DNA of 63,067 nucleotides, the filler included, from Cercozoa sp. M6MM (lineage: Eukaryota; Protista; Endomyxa: Ascetosporea): assembly GCA_040357565.1 (NCBI GenBank). It is 6 parts of 6 records of this genome, joined end to end, with 100 filler letters (N's around TTAATTAATTAA, not from the genome) between each part and the next. Parts side by side here need not be neighbours in the genome. Positions count along the whole stretch, not along the records: positions 1 to 23,806 come from JBDODJ010000166.1; 5 more parts are not named here. One strand, given 5' to 3'. A model generated the notes under the pieces. It did no database searches and was not told the origin of the DNA. It saw nothing but the letters and a program-made list of their open reading frames with translations. The position numbers and the translations under genes are program-made. This document shows positions 11,486 to 23,806 of this stretch, piece by piece. How positions within the stretch are numbered: position 1 is the stretch's first letter; each line of letters begins with the position of its first letter.

Positions 11486-14484
11486 ACACACACACACACA
11501 CACACTGACACACACACGCACACACACAGTCTTTGTTGTATCTTTCCGTGTGTCTACTCAGTTCGACCTACGATGCGTTCGAACGTGCGATTTACTACCC
11601 GCGCAAATTCGCCGAAGTCGCCGCCGACACTGTCCGCGCGGACGCGGAACATGCGCGTGAAAATGTGCAGAAACCTCTGGTGCCTGTTGCGAGTGCCGAT
11701 GTATTATCTCTACTACCTATTTTACCCCCCCCCCCCCCCCCAGTTCCTATCGTTGTAATTGTGAAGAAAGCAACGGGTGCATTGATGTACGCCGTGGCAC
11801 GCGGCAAGGTGAGCGAAGGTCTCGACTTTGCCGATCGCAATGGACGTGCTGTCGTCATCGTCGGTAGCACACCTGTACCCTATTTCTCATCTCGGGTAGG
11901 GACCCTCACTGCCAGGCCTGCCGCTGCCGAACTATGGCGATCCGCGAGTGACGCAGAAACGCGCCTTTCTCGACCGCAAGCAGCGTGGCCTGTACTCTGC
12001 TGCTCTGTTGCTGTCTGTGTCTGTGTCTGTGTCTGTGTGTGCATGTGTGTGCGTGTGTGTCTGTGTGTCTGTGTGTGTGTGTCTGTGTCTGTGTCTGTGT
12101 CTGTGCGTGTGTGTGTGCGTGTGTGTGTGTGTGCGTGTGTGCGATAGGTATTGATAGGTGTGCCTGTACACAAGCAGGGGCAACGAGTGGTACCAGCAGC
12201 AGGCCTTGCGAGCAGTTAATCAGTCGATCGGCCGCGTCGTTCGACACCGAGGCGACTACGCTTCGATCATTCTGCTCGACGATCGGTAGGCTGCCTGCAT
12301 ACCTGCCCTACTGTATGTGGACATGTGGAAGTAGGTTCACCGAGGGACGCACACAGGACGCCATCACCAAGTGGCTGCGGCCCTTCGTGCGCGTGTCGCC
12401 GTCCTTCCCGTCGCTGCTGTCGCAAGTGCGGCAGTTCTTCGCCTCTGTCGATGCCGTGTCTGTCCGTGGCTTGGGTATACCCCCACCTCCCCCGACCTTG
12501 CTTGGTCTTTATGTAGAATGGTGAGGTTGGACTGACCCAATATTGCATAATGTACAGAGGGCACGCTGGGACAGGTGGCATGCCAGCGTAGCGAGAAACA
12601 ACGGCAACGCGTGGCTCGACGCATCGCGAAAACACTACGCGCAGGCGGCGGCGGCAGTGTGCACGCGCGTTTCAACCCACTGCGCGCCCTGTTGCAGGTA
12701 GGACTTTTCGGTGTGTCTAACCTACTACTGCTTGTCCTCCCTGCCTTGCTGTCCTACTCAAGCCTTCTACGAGTAGGCCGATGCTTGGCGCAAACTGGCC
12801 TCGGCGGATGACCTGGCGGCACCTCTGCGGTACCAGCCGGTGCAGGTCGAAACCACCTCCTCTGTCTTTGGCACCGATCGCGACCTGGATCGCCGACGGA
12901 GTGGTACCCTCACGCTGTGTCGTTCTTGGTCTATGTATGGTGTGTGTGTGTGTCAGTCTCGAACGTCTCGTCCTTCAGTCAGTCCAGTCTGGACATGCGA
13001 CCGACTCGTTCCATGTGAGTTGACTACCCATGTGTTGACTGTAGGGTCGACATGTGTCGTATGTCTGCAGAAGCGAAACGCTCGGTGACGTGCGAACACC
13101 GAAGCGACGAAAGACACTGCGCGAACGCGTGCAGCTTGCCAAGGTGTGTGTGTGTGTCCTTGCGTTTCTCCAGTCGGATGTGTGTGTGTGTGTGTGTGTG
13201 TGTGAGTGTTACGTGTGTATGTGTCCCAGGAGCAAGCAGTTCAGCAGAAGCAAGTTGTACAAGTGCTTTCGCGCCAGCAACGCGAGGAACAAGAGCAGCA
13301 GAAACTCGAGGAAGAGCGCCGACTGGCCGAGACGCGAAAGCAGGAGGAACAGCGACGTGCCGCTGCCTTGCAGAAGCGTCGCGCTGTTGCAGAAGAGCTG
13401 CGTGTCACGTTAACTGCGAGTACGTTTGTTGTCCTTCCTGTCCGAAGTTTCCATGTGCTATTGGTTATTGTGTGTGTGTGCATGTGTGTGTGTGAAGGTA
13501 ACTACGCCCAATCAACGCGGTACCTCGTGGCCATGAAGCGCGTCAATGACACAGCGGCCGCTGCCAAGGTGCCCTTACCCCCTACTCCTCCCAGGAATGT
13601 TTGTTCATTCGGGTGTGTCTGTAGTTGGTCAAGTTGCTGGGCACACTGACGCCTGTGATTCTGCCGCTGCTTGAGGTAGCGTTCTTGTCCATCAGGGGCA
13701 GTAGTATGTATATATATATCTATATATATATATATATATTTATATGTATGTGTATATCTGCATATGTTATGTATCTGAGTGTGTGCTGGAAGGACTGTGA
13801 CAAAAAGGTCCGCCGGGAGGTTCGACGGCACTACAAAGTTCTGCAGTCGCAGCCACTGCCTTTTTCCAAGGTAGGACACTGTGTGTATGTATCTTTATTT
13901 TGCGCCCATCTGTCTGTGTTGCTATGTGTTTGTCTTGTGTCGTCTTAGATGTGCCGCGAGCGTTTCTCAAAGCTGCAGATGCGTCGTTTCGGGCAGGTCT
14001 ATGCGCGGTAAAGTGTCAGGTGGTGACGTGTAGTAGTGTCACGCGTGTATGTTTGTGTGTGTGTGCAGGTACAAGGAGCTGCTGACACGGGCTGCACCAG
14101 GTCTGTTCTCTGTCTGCATAGTGAACTGTGAGATCACACCAATGTGTGTCTGTGTGTTTGTGTTTCTGTGTGTTTGTGTTTCTGTGTGTTTGTGTGTCTG
14201 TGTATCTGTATGTCTGTATGTCCGTGTGTCTGTGTGTCTTTGTGCAGAAGACGACTACAGGGACATCTGGCATAAGCTGGGCGTTTTGTTTTCGGGTGCT
14301 CTGCCTCTGATTCTCTGCACCCTCTTGGTTACCCCCCCCCCCCGTGTCTGCTGGCAGAAGGCGCCAGGAGTGACCGCGAGTTCAATCGACTCGTGCGACT
14401 CATGATGACGGAAGTGCCACTTGCGCTGCGGTAGCTTTCCACTGTTGTGTCTGTGTGTGTCTGTGTCTGTGTGTGTGTGTGTGT

Positions 14485-14567
<83 letters not shown>

Positions 14568-14829
14568 AACTGTGTGTCAACTGTGTGTCAACAATGTCAA
14601 GCTGTTTTGTGTGTCCCAAAAGAGAACACTTCTTCAACACGGTGCGTGAGGGCGCGCCTGCTTCCTTTCTGACCCGGGTACATCGGCTTGGTTAAAACCT
14701 GTGTCTCTGGTGTGGACCTAGGGACTGAACACTGTGTTACGAGCTTTTGCAAAACAGCTCGATCTGTCGGAGCGACGTCAGTACGATGACTTCCGCCAGC
14801 GACTCGAAAGCTCTGCTCCGCCTCGCTGA
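7843..14829 (+). CDS. RTEL1: XPD-family Fe-S DNA helicase, RTEL1-like, many introns
   Basis: [11 protein letters not shown]; [24 protein letters not shown]; SRTHSQLKQ; [10 protein letters not shown]; CPYY; APYNYIVDP; IIFDEAHN; [27 protein letters not shown]; [25 protein letters not shown]. The [10 protein letters not shown] and WYQQQA motifs favour RTEL1 over FANCJ. Confidence 0.85.
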
Positions 14830-15273
14830 TGTGCGTAGATTACGCAGTCTACTTCTGTTCGGTTCAGTTGCAGCATTACGCTGCGCTAGTTAGCTAGTTA
14901 TGACAGCATTTTATTATACCTGCGTTCAATTCACAGAGGGGCGGTGCTCTCGGAGCTCCGGGCCGATGACGGCGTCAAACAGGCCCTCATAACAACATGA
15001 AACAGTGAGGTGGGACCAACGGACGGGAAACCACTGTTATGGTCATCTTTTTTAATTTTTATTGTATATCAGTACAGTACTGTACCACTTGATGTGCTGT
15101 TTTCGTACCTTTTAAGGGGGCGAGTGTTCGGAGCTTTGGGACCAATAACAGAAAAAATTATCACCCACAAATCAGTAGATAAGCCGCCAGTGTGCGCACT
15201 CGCGTGCGGACACAATTTTAATTGACCTAAGTTCACCTCAGTGAGAACAGAACATTGTGCCTTCTGTGTCCCC

Positions 15274-15833
15274 ATGAGCTTCCAGTATCTTCTGGACAAC
15301 TTGCGCTTCTTGCAGAGCGATGTACACCTCGCTGTCTCGTCGTCGAAGGAATTGGAGTCAATGCTTCGGCAGCTAGGTAGGAATGACGTTTTTCCGGTCT
15401 CGCGGTTCATTTCTCTTGACATCTGTGAGTACAAATAGGCGCAGAAGGCCGGGGACTCCACCAACAGACGACGTCGCTGGAGCACACGCTGCCCAACCAC
15501 GTTCAGCGACGACTGCGGCGCGTCGCTGCTCAGGTAGGATACTACCTCGGAACAACCTGTCGTGTGAAGTCGCGCACTGTGCTCCTTGCAGAGAAATCGC
15601 ATTGTACACGATGTTGACACGATCGAGGTATATTTTAACCACAGCCAGGCGTATGCTGTATGCAGGATGCGTGATGCCCGTGCTGTCTTCCAAAACAATC
15701 GGTCTTGTCGCTGAAAAATCAGTTGAACAACCGCAATTTGTTCCTCAACGATGTCGACACGTGTCGTAGCTACCTGCAGAATCGGATACGTCAACAAGAG
15801 GGCGGTGACGCAAACGGCTGTCTCATCATGTGA
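15274..15833 (+). CDS. Small HEPN-superfamily (DUF4145-like) protein with C-terminal CaaX (CLIM)
   Basis: Exons 15274-15376, 15439-15533, 15592-15627 and 15723-15833, all with GT-AG introns and an open frame, give MSFQYLLDNLRFLQSDVHLAVSSSKELESMLRQLGAEGRGLHQQTTSLEHTLPNHVQRRLRRVAAQRNRIVHDVDTIELNNRNLFLNDVDTCRSYLQNRIRQQEGGDANGCLIM*. Contains an RNxxxH motif. Confidence 0.75.
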
Positions 15834-15968
15834 TGCAATGGTTCACAAGCGATGTGTCTCCGAGAGAACGAGAACGAGAAGCGAGCGACCGGACGACTTG
15901 GCTAGTATTATTCGAGTTAAGGAAGAATAGCCTTGAAGACAAAGATGGCCGGATGGCCCTTCCTCTAG

Positions 15969-16041
15969 AACTGCAAAAGGGGAGTTGGGTGGCCCCAGCT
16001 TAGGCGAGGACTGGTACATAGTTGGTTGTTGTAGACTGACT
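15969..16041. other. Conserved dispersed non-coding element, copy 1
   Basis: Three colinear blocks shared with 51436-51553. Confidence 0.7.
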
Positions 16042-16212
16042 CAGACAAACGTCGGTTATACGAGGCTATACGCTACGCTACGTTAGCTGACTCACTGTTA
16101 GCTGACTCACTCGATAACGGCTGTGCTGTGATACGGTGCGTGTACGTATAGGCAGCATAACAGACGTAGACTTCGTCTCCCCGCCCGCCCGCATCTGGCG
16201 TGGTCCGGTCGG

Positions 16213-16469
16213 TTACTCAAAGTCCTCGGAGTTGACGTCGTCGGAAACGCTGCTAAGCGTGCTGGACGGCGACGATGACGGCGACGGCGACAGCGACAGA
16301 CCGGCGACGGGCTGCCCGGTCGGTGCCGGCGCGGTCACGTCGAGCTCGATCGGCGACGGCACAGTGCCCTCGGCGGCGTTGCCGTTATCGTCGTTGTTGC
16401 CCTTCTTTTGCACCTCCTTCGACACATTCATCACGTACCTGTGTCGAGCACACAAAGAGCCATGCACTC

Positions 16470-16516
<47 letters not shown>

Positions 16517-17219
16517 TCCAAATGAGAGGCTACACGTAGGTGGCGGCCACGGCCTTCTGCAGTACAGTGGGCGCCCACTGCTGCCCGACCTTGGTAACGA
16601 CGTCAGATGCCTTCACGGCGGCTTCCGAAACTACATACACACACATATATATCTATATACTAATCTCTGACAAGAGGGCTACCAGAGGCAGGAATGCGCG
16701 GCATGAGGTGCGTGTCGACCAGCGTGACCGAGTACTCGACCGTGGCGTGCACAGTGGCCTGCGCGGTCTGACAGCACTTGGCTACGGCGGCACTCTTGGC
16801 ATCTTGAAGACTCGAACACACGCGATGGCGCACGGCCTGCGCCAGCTCGGCGCGGCACTGCGCGTCCTGCAGCGTCGCCACGCGTGCGCGCACACGCGGC
16901 TCGAACTTGTTACGGAGGCTCTTGAGTGTCTGTACGGTGGACCGAAAGTTCAGCGTGCTCGCGGTCTTGTCGCTGCTCTCGGCATCGACAGTATCGTTCT
17001 GCTCGGCGTCAGCGTCGCTCGTGCTCTGCTCGTCCTGCGTGTTGTCGTCGTTCTTGTCGTGGGCGGTGGCGTCGGCGCACTGCTGCAGCGCCTCGTCGTC
17101 CTTGTGCTCCTCGTCGGGCAGCACGAGGTCGCCCAGCTGGTCCACGTGCTGCAGCAGCTGCTCCATGTGCGAGAACATGAAGGAGTGGATCTCCTGCGTC
17201 TGCGCGGACATGAACACAG

Positions 17220-17270
<51 letters not shown>

Positions 17271-17478
17271 GACGCACCTTGGTGTTCATCTTGAGCTCGA
17301 GCTCACTCTTCTGCTTGGCGATGTTGTCCGTAAGCTGCATCTGCTTCGTCATCAGGTCGTGCATGAGGTCCTGCATCTTGTCGGCCTGCTTGTGCACCTG
17401 CTGCTTCACAAATTCCGGCACATATTGCTCGCTGAGTGACTTGCCCAGCGAGATGCCCCAGTTCAGCACACTGGTCAT
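16213..17478 (-). CDS. Helical/coiled-coil protein, possibly lipid-droplet (perilipin-like)
   Basis: GC-rich spliced exons from MTSVLNWGISLGKSLSEQYVPEFVKQQ... with amphipathic helices, a VTLVDTHLMP segment and an acidic/Ser-rich tail. Family assignment is tentative. Confidence 0.55.
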
Positions 17479-17858
17479 CTCAACGTTTCAAATTGCTGTC
17501 TCTGTGTCCACTTGTCGGCTTGCTTTGAGCTGCGCACATTCGGGAGTGAAAATGCTCTGCAACAGAGCAGCGCGGGCCCGGAAACCACGACACCAACGTT
17601 CCCAGCAAAACAAAAAGAAACACTGCACAGACTTCCCAGAGAAGGCGTACCGATAGAGGACGTTTAAGGTTGGTACTAGTGCGTTTGGAGTGCACTACAG
17701 AGAGTTTTATGGCCAAAAGAAGTTTCCGACACTCGCGGGTGGCTACAGTATCAGCTAGCGAGCGTGCCGACCGTGTCACCCATTCAGCATTATTCCTTAT
17801 TTTTAAACAGTTGCTCTGTATCGTTCGTTTTTGCTCTAGTTCCTGATGTAAAAACAAC

Positions 17859-20800
17859 CTAAAGGGTCGTTGCAAGTGACGGCAGGAGCAAGGGACCACA
17901 CACCGGGCACGCCTTGTGCTGCAGCATGCTGAGCTCGAAGGCATCGGCGAGACACACGCTGCTGCAGCGCGTGCACTGCTGCAGCGGCACTGCCGCCACC
18001 AAGTCACACATCCATTCGCTCTGCTTTACGTTGCCGACATAGCGTGGGAGCACAGTGGAAGCATCCAGCTGTGCCACCTCTCGGGGAGACAGCTGCACTG
18101 GTCGCAGTCGGCGCAGCTGCCTTCTGCGACTTTGGTCTTGCTCTGTGTCGAATTCGACGTGCAGCAACCGCGTCTCGAGGGACGTATGCTTTGGTTTCTG
18201 TGATCACACAGGCACTACTTACGAACATATTAGAAGGTGTCAGTCCGTGTACAGCAACTGTGTCGAGTCTCAAAATGTTCTCCGAGTTGTCTTGCGACTC
18301 GTTTTTCGACTCTTCCTCATCCGCGCTGCGTTCGAGGTTTTGTGAACGGAATATTTTTCCCATGAAAGGCAGAGGAACTTTGTACATTTGGATGCGCCCT
18401 GCGAGCACGTTTTCGGCGCCTGGAGCCTGGAAGTGCGCCAACACGAGCGGTGAACCCGTTGCTGCGCACCTCTCGACCAAGGTGCCACAGCCGGGACACG
18501 CATCGAACGGAAGGAGAGCCTGTTTCAAGCATGCCGAAGCAGTGAAAGCGAGGTAGAAATAGGAAAAAGGGGAGATACCGGGAGTGTGGTCGCACACCGA
18601 GCGCACATTGGAGAGACTGCCTCTTCCTGCTCTGTCATGGTAAGAGCAGTGATGCAGTTAGAGTTGTTTTAAGTGACACTGTGTAGAAGTACCAGCAACT
18701 TCACCCTCCATACACAAAGAGGCATAACGAAAGCGCAGGGCCAGCTTTCGAACTACAACTTGACAAACTACACAGAACGAAACACAGTTTCACTGACTGC
18801 AGTACCTCTCTTCCTCTCCATCGTATTGTGCAGTGGTAGAAACTGCAGCTCTTGGAGTGCCTTTTCTGTCAATCATAGCACCATCTACTGTGTTTATGTC
18901 TCAGTGATACACGCGATGAACACTTGTTGATGTACCTGCAGTTCGTAAGGCACCAATGCTCAGCGCAACCTCAACGACTGTTTCCAGAGCTTTCGAGACC
19001 CGCAGTGTAGCAATCCTGGCATGGATGTCCACAGGTGCGACATCAACATGCAATAAGGTCGCGTCACTCTTGAGTTCATCAGAGTGCGAGCGCTGGGCAA
19101 GCCATTGCAGTGCGTATCGCGCGGTGTGGTTGCACACAAAGAGGGCACTGTGAAGAGCGACTTCCGCAGTGATATCGCACGTCTCCTTTGTCTCGGTGTA
19201 ATCGTGAATGTTCGCGTAAGCCACGCACAGTCGCGCTGTCAGTTGAAGGCGTTGTCGCTCTTTCTCTGATACACAGGGCTTGAATTACCTATGAAGGGGC
19301 ACTTATATGACCAATGATACCGTCAGACTCCACACTGCGCAGCATCGTGCAGATTGAGGCTGCTTGACGATAATCCTCGCACTGTATCAACGACCGCAAA
19401 ACTCGGTTTCCAGTCTGTCTGGCGGCTGCCGCGTGCTCATCTGCATTTCTCGATAACGTGAAAACTACTCAGAGAATCATCATATCGTACCAGATGAGTT
19501 GGCACTTGCTGCGATGAGTGCGGCCATTGCCTTCGGCAGCTGGCCTTGCTCGCAGAGGTGCTGCGCGTATTTTGAGAGGCAGTCGCGCTTCACCTCATCA
19601 GACGCATCGCGCAATGTCTCAAGCAACATATCCCACTTCTGCGCTTTCGCAAGCAAGCGAAGCACATCGCCGGCATGACCCAAGCGCATCAAGATGATCT
19701 TTGCCTTCTTTGCCCACTTCAATCGTTCTTCGTCCGTGTACTGTGATAAGAAACTGTACTCAATTCATTGTTAGTAGTATGAACGGCCGACCTTTTCGGA
19801 GTAGGCACAGTCGGCCAGCCATGTGGCGGCTTCGCGTTGAACCGCCTGTTCGCAGGGCACTTCGATGTGCTGCAGGGAACACAACATTTTAATCTGTCTA
19901 TAACTGGATGACTGAATGAGCTAGAACGTTGGTACGGAAGCAAGAATATCGGGGAGGTCGCGCAGCATGCACAAACGTATCAGGCGAAGGCCTTGGGATT
20001 CGTGAAGTGCCAAAGCCTCGGCTGCTTCTCGGCTTTTTCCTGCATTGTGCACACAAAGCGCTCCGATGTCAGCAGACACGTGTGGTGTAGGTAGTACCTT
20101 TTTCGTCCAACCACGCAGCGATGAGAACTGCAAGCTGCGCTTGCGTGTCGCCAGCTTTCACTTCATGAGGTGTCAGAGACAGCTTATTGTCGAATCTGTC
20201 GACAAGTCGTTTCATTTGAGGCACCACCTCTGTCAAGTCAATGTTGCTCAAGGCTTTGTTGTCACTATAACGGAAAGGTATTTTGTTGACTATAATAGCA
20301 CTAATGGAAATCAGAAGAAGGTGATTTAACGCACACAATGAGACGCCTTGCGGCGACAAAGTCACACAAAGCAACGCGCATGGAAAGCGCCTTGATGGGC
20401 AACTTGGCTTGTATCCACAGTCGCTCAGCTTGACCGAAACGACCATTGATTGCTGCAGAGTCAGCGCGAATAGACAAGCTCATGCGAGGCTCAGCAGTCA
20501 CTGGGTCCGAGTTGCGAAGAGCGTGCAATTCGGCTTGGTACATCCGCACTCGTCGGGCAGCGTCCGCGTCACCGAGACGCAGCGCCACACGAGCGGCTAT
20601 GTCCAAGTTGAGTCGCTGCAGCGCCGATTGCAGAAGAAAACGCCAGTCGCAGTCATTGTTGACAAAGCAGGCCACCTCGAAGCACTGCTCCCACTGCTGC
20701 TTTCGAATGTACCGATGCATGGCATCGACAAGACTTGCAAGGGCGCGAATTTGCGTCACACGCCGGTTCAAAACGGTGATGCAAAGTCCGCTGCACGCGA

Positions 20801-23077
20801 CGACGTGACCTTTCACAGGCTGAGTGTGTGTCTTGAGCTCGCCCACACAGGTGTGCAAATGACGCCCATCACTCCAGCACAGCATCGAAGGCAGTGAGGT
20901 GTTGAAGTGGACAGAGGTGGCGTTTGCTTGCTCACAACGCATCGTTAGTTTTGCGGGTTCGTCCGACAGCATGTCGATCTCGTACACCGACAGGGTCCCA
21001 TCGTCAGTAACCTACACAGAGTGATCCCAACCCACTGGGAGACAGCATTCGAAAAAAGACAACTTGAACTTACAACGGCTAGTCGCTTTCTGTCGGAGCT
21101 AAAGTCGGCAAAGCGCACCGGCACATTGCACTTCTTTAGCATCACCGGCGTGTCGTTGTTGAGAAACTATGCGACACAAGATGGACAATCATACCTCCGA
21201 TATTAATAAATGAAGCTATCGACAAGTGCTTACCACAAGCATGACAGACCCATCACTGCAAGCAACCAGCACTGACTCCGCACCTCGAGGTCCATCCATC
21301 ACGCGCGCGAAGCGTATGCTGCCGGATAAGGACCACTGTCGCAATGGCTCGCCTGAGAAATCAGTCGCAATCATGCGGTCGTCGACGCAAGAGAGAACCG
21401 AGTCACTGGCCAGCAGCAAGAGGCTGCAGCGTGACGTGTCGTAGGCAGCCCACGGGGACTGGATGACTTCGAACTTGCAAGCAAGTTTGTATCGCATCTT
21501 TTCGTCGTCTGCGACAATCCGTTTGTGTGAAACAAGGCAACTGATAGAGGCTCAGACTAACAAGACAGAAACTGTACCATCATCAACATCCCATGCAGGA
21601 TCGAACTTCGAGTCTCCAAGCTCAGAACTCTCGTTAAGTCCAGCGACGTAGATCAAGACGGATCTTGAAGTCAACACCGCCAGCCGACGGCCATACATGG
21701 CAATGCGACGCACACAGTCTCTTGTACGAATTCGAACCCTCCGTTGAGTGCGAAGGTTTTGTAAAACGATATCTAAGTTTTACAGTAAATTTTTATTGAT
21801 ACAAAAACTCTGATACCGCACACACTCAGGGTACTATGAACTTTCGTATTCAAATTACCTCCGATGTTGCCGCCTCGACGAGTATCACGGCAGGCATATC
21901 TTTGACCCCACAAAGCATGCACTGTGCGTGCACTTACACCGATACACTCCACTTTGTCTATAAAACGACAAAGCAATTAGTCGGGGACGCGACAGAATGG
22001 TAGCTTCCTCCCGTAGGTTTAAGTTTACCTTGAGAACAAGCGAAAATTGCGTCGTCCACCGAGTGCAAAGAGTGCACAGAACTCGCGATCCGAAAGCACA
22101 GCACAAGAGCACCTTCATGCGACAAAGCGTATGCCGTTCCACTTTGTGTCACAACAACGAGCACCTGGCCGAACATGACGAAACGAACGCCGCACACTTG
22201 CAGGGACGGTTCCTCGGTGAGGTCTACCAGAGAGGTCTCGGAGTGAATGCCTATTGCCACACGGTGCGAGTCAACCCTCTGAGCGACCGTCCACAAAATG
22301 ACTTGTCCTCCACGAGACACTGTTGCGAGCAGATTTTGCTTTCCATGAGCGACACTCCAGTCCAGTGCTTCGACGCGAGTGTTCATGTGTTTGCTAGTTT
22401 GGGAGGTGAGGTCACCTAGGTGTCCACCTTCGCTGTCGTACAAGATGACACCACCGTCGATTAATGCCACTGCGAGAACCGCGCCATCTCTTGACCATGC
22501 CATACACAAAGGCGAGGCTCGCAACTGCATTCGACTTTGCACTTCCTTCTGCCAATACCAGACAGGATGGATAGATTACGTTTCAAAAAACCAAAGTCTG
22601 ACGTTTTCAAGGCTTGGAAACAATAGGTACTCGCTCAACGTCCCAGAAGACTAGTTCGCGGATACCACCAGTCACAAGCAGGTCTTTCGAAGGACTGAAT
22701 GCGCAGCTGCGCACGGCTTCTTGGTGACGAAATTGGCCGTACAAAGTGCTATCTTCTCCTTCGGCTGATGCGTTTGCAGATGTCTTTGTATCACTCAGTT
22801 GCAAAGCGCCTCGCAAAACCTCCATGGCTCTAAGTTGAACCTTCCTCACTTGCACATGACCTGAACGGTCACAGCTGGCGACGAACTCTTTCGATTGTGA
22901 GATCGCTAGAGCAGAAATGGTGTCTTGGTGCGCATTTTTGAAGCAATGAAGCTGCTGCCCAGAGCGCGCATGAAGCAAACTGAAGCTTTGCTTTTGCGAA
23001 GCCGCAACGATGTCTTGAGACGAAGCAAGGCATCCTGATTCGGCGAAAGACTGTGTCCACCGCTCTTTGACGAGCAT
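17859..23077 (-). CDS. IFT122: Intraflagellar transport protein 122 (IFT-A core), divergent
   Basis: N-terminal WD40 repeats (HQDTISALAIS...VASCD); DIVLQNLRTQRRVRIRTRDCVRRIAMYGRRLAV; ADFSSDRKRLAVV; DWRFLLQSALQRLNLDIAAR; TPR-like helices; C-terminal CPGCG...CAATG and CSSVCLADAFELSMLQHKACPVCG Zn motifs, all in IFT122 order. Confidence 0.85.
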
Positions 23078-23265
23078 CACCTCCTGCCTGAGGACGAGCG
23101 CTACTGGCGTGGACAGCAATTCTATCGCCTTTTAAGTTTGATTTGTTTGTAGTTTCCCGGTTTCTTTATGTGCAAAAACAAACCGTACGATGCAGTTCAG
23201 TTATGTAAACTGCGATTTGAGTTCAGTTCAGTGGTCTTCCGCGTGGAGGAGAAAATTCACTTACG

Positions 23266-23806
23266 TCAATCAGCAAAAAGTTCGTTGGTGCTGGACCAGG
23301 CGAGGCATAAACTGACGTTAGTAAAAGCAAAGTCGATACAGTAACACTCACAGCAGCTCGCGCAACCCTCTTGTTGCGTCAGTAGCTGGGAGGTCACTCA
23401 AATTACTCACTTCCAATCGAATTGCAGTTGGGTTATCAATACCTTCAGTGCCGGAAAGCTCTTCCAAAATGATCGCTTTGTCTTCATCTGCCGAGAGAGA
23501 TTCGGATGAGTGGCGTAGCAAAGCAGTATCAATCCAAGTCATTCAAATACCAGAGCAAGGCAGCAGTGAGCGAACAACGGCCCAATGATGCTGGCGTGCT
23601 GCTTTGACAATGGCCGTAGCACCATCGATCGACGTGTCCGAGAAGCTTCTGTCAGCACCACGGTCCAGCAGCAGGTGCACGATCCTAAACCACCAGAAGA
23701 GAGAAATGCAACAAGGAAGAGATACAGAAGGAAAGAACGGACTCGGCATGTCCAGCGTAGGCCGCTCGGTGCAAAGCTGTCGCACCGCAGTCACTGGATT
23801 AACACG
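23266..23806 (-). CDS. Ankyrin-repeat protein, 3' part (truncated by contig spacer)
   Basis: IVHLLLDRGAD...DGATAIVKAARQHHWAVVRSLL ankyrin consensus; GT-AG introns, one with a TACTAAC branch site. Confidence 0.7.

Noticed and set aside
15995-16020. HDV-like ribozyme (UCCUCGC loop on the - strand) or twister similarity
   Set aside because: P3 has a mismatch, no adequate P1/P2 can be built, and the motif is absent from the second copy of the element.
16540-17656. 299-aa and 249-aa + strand ORFs (and similar antisense ORFs over MDH)
   Set aside because: Antisense shadows of GC3-rich minus-strand coding sequence.
23125-23140. U5 snRNA loop-like CGCCTTTTA
   Set aside because: Does not match the invariant loop fully and has no flanking stem. 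No tRNA, rRNA or snRNA gene could be supported in the window.
23480-23552. In-frame TGA immediately followed by ATG in the ankyrin ORF, suggesting readthrough, Sec or an alternative code
   Set aside because: The stop lies within a GT...CAG intron that splices in frame. Other genes end normally in TAA, TAG or TGA, so there is no evidence for recoding.
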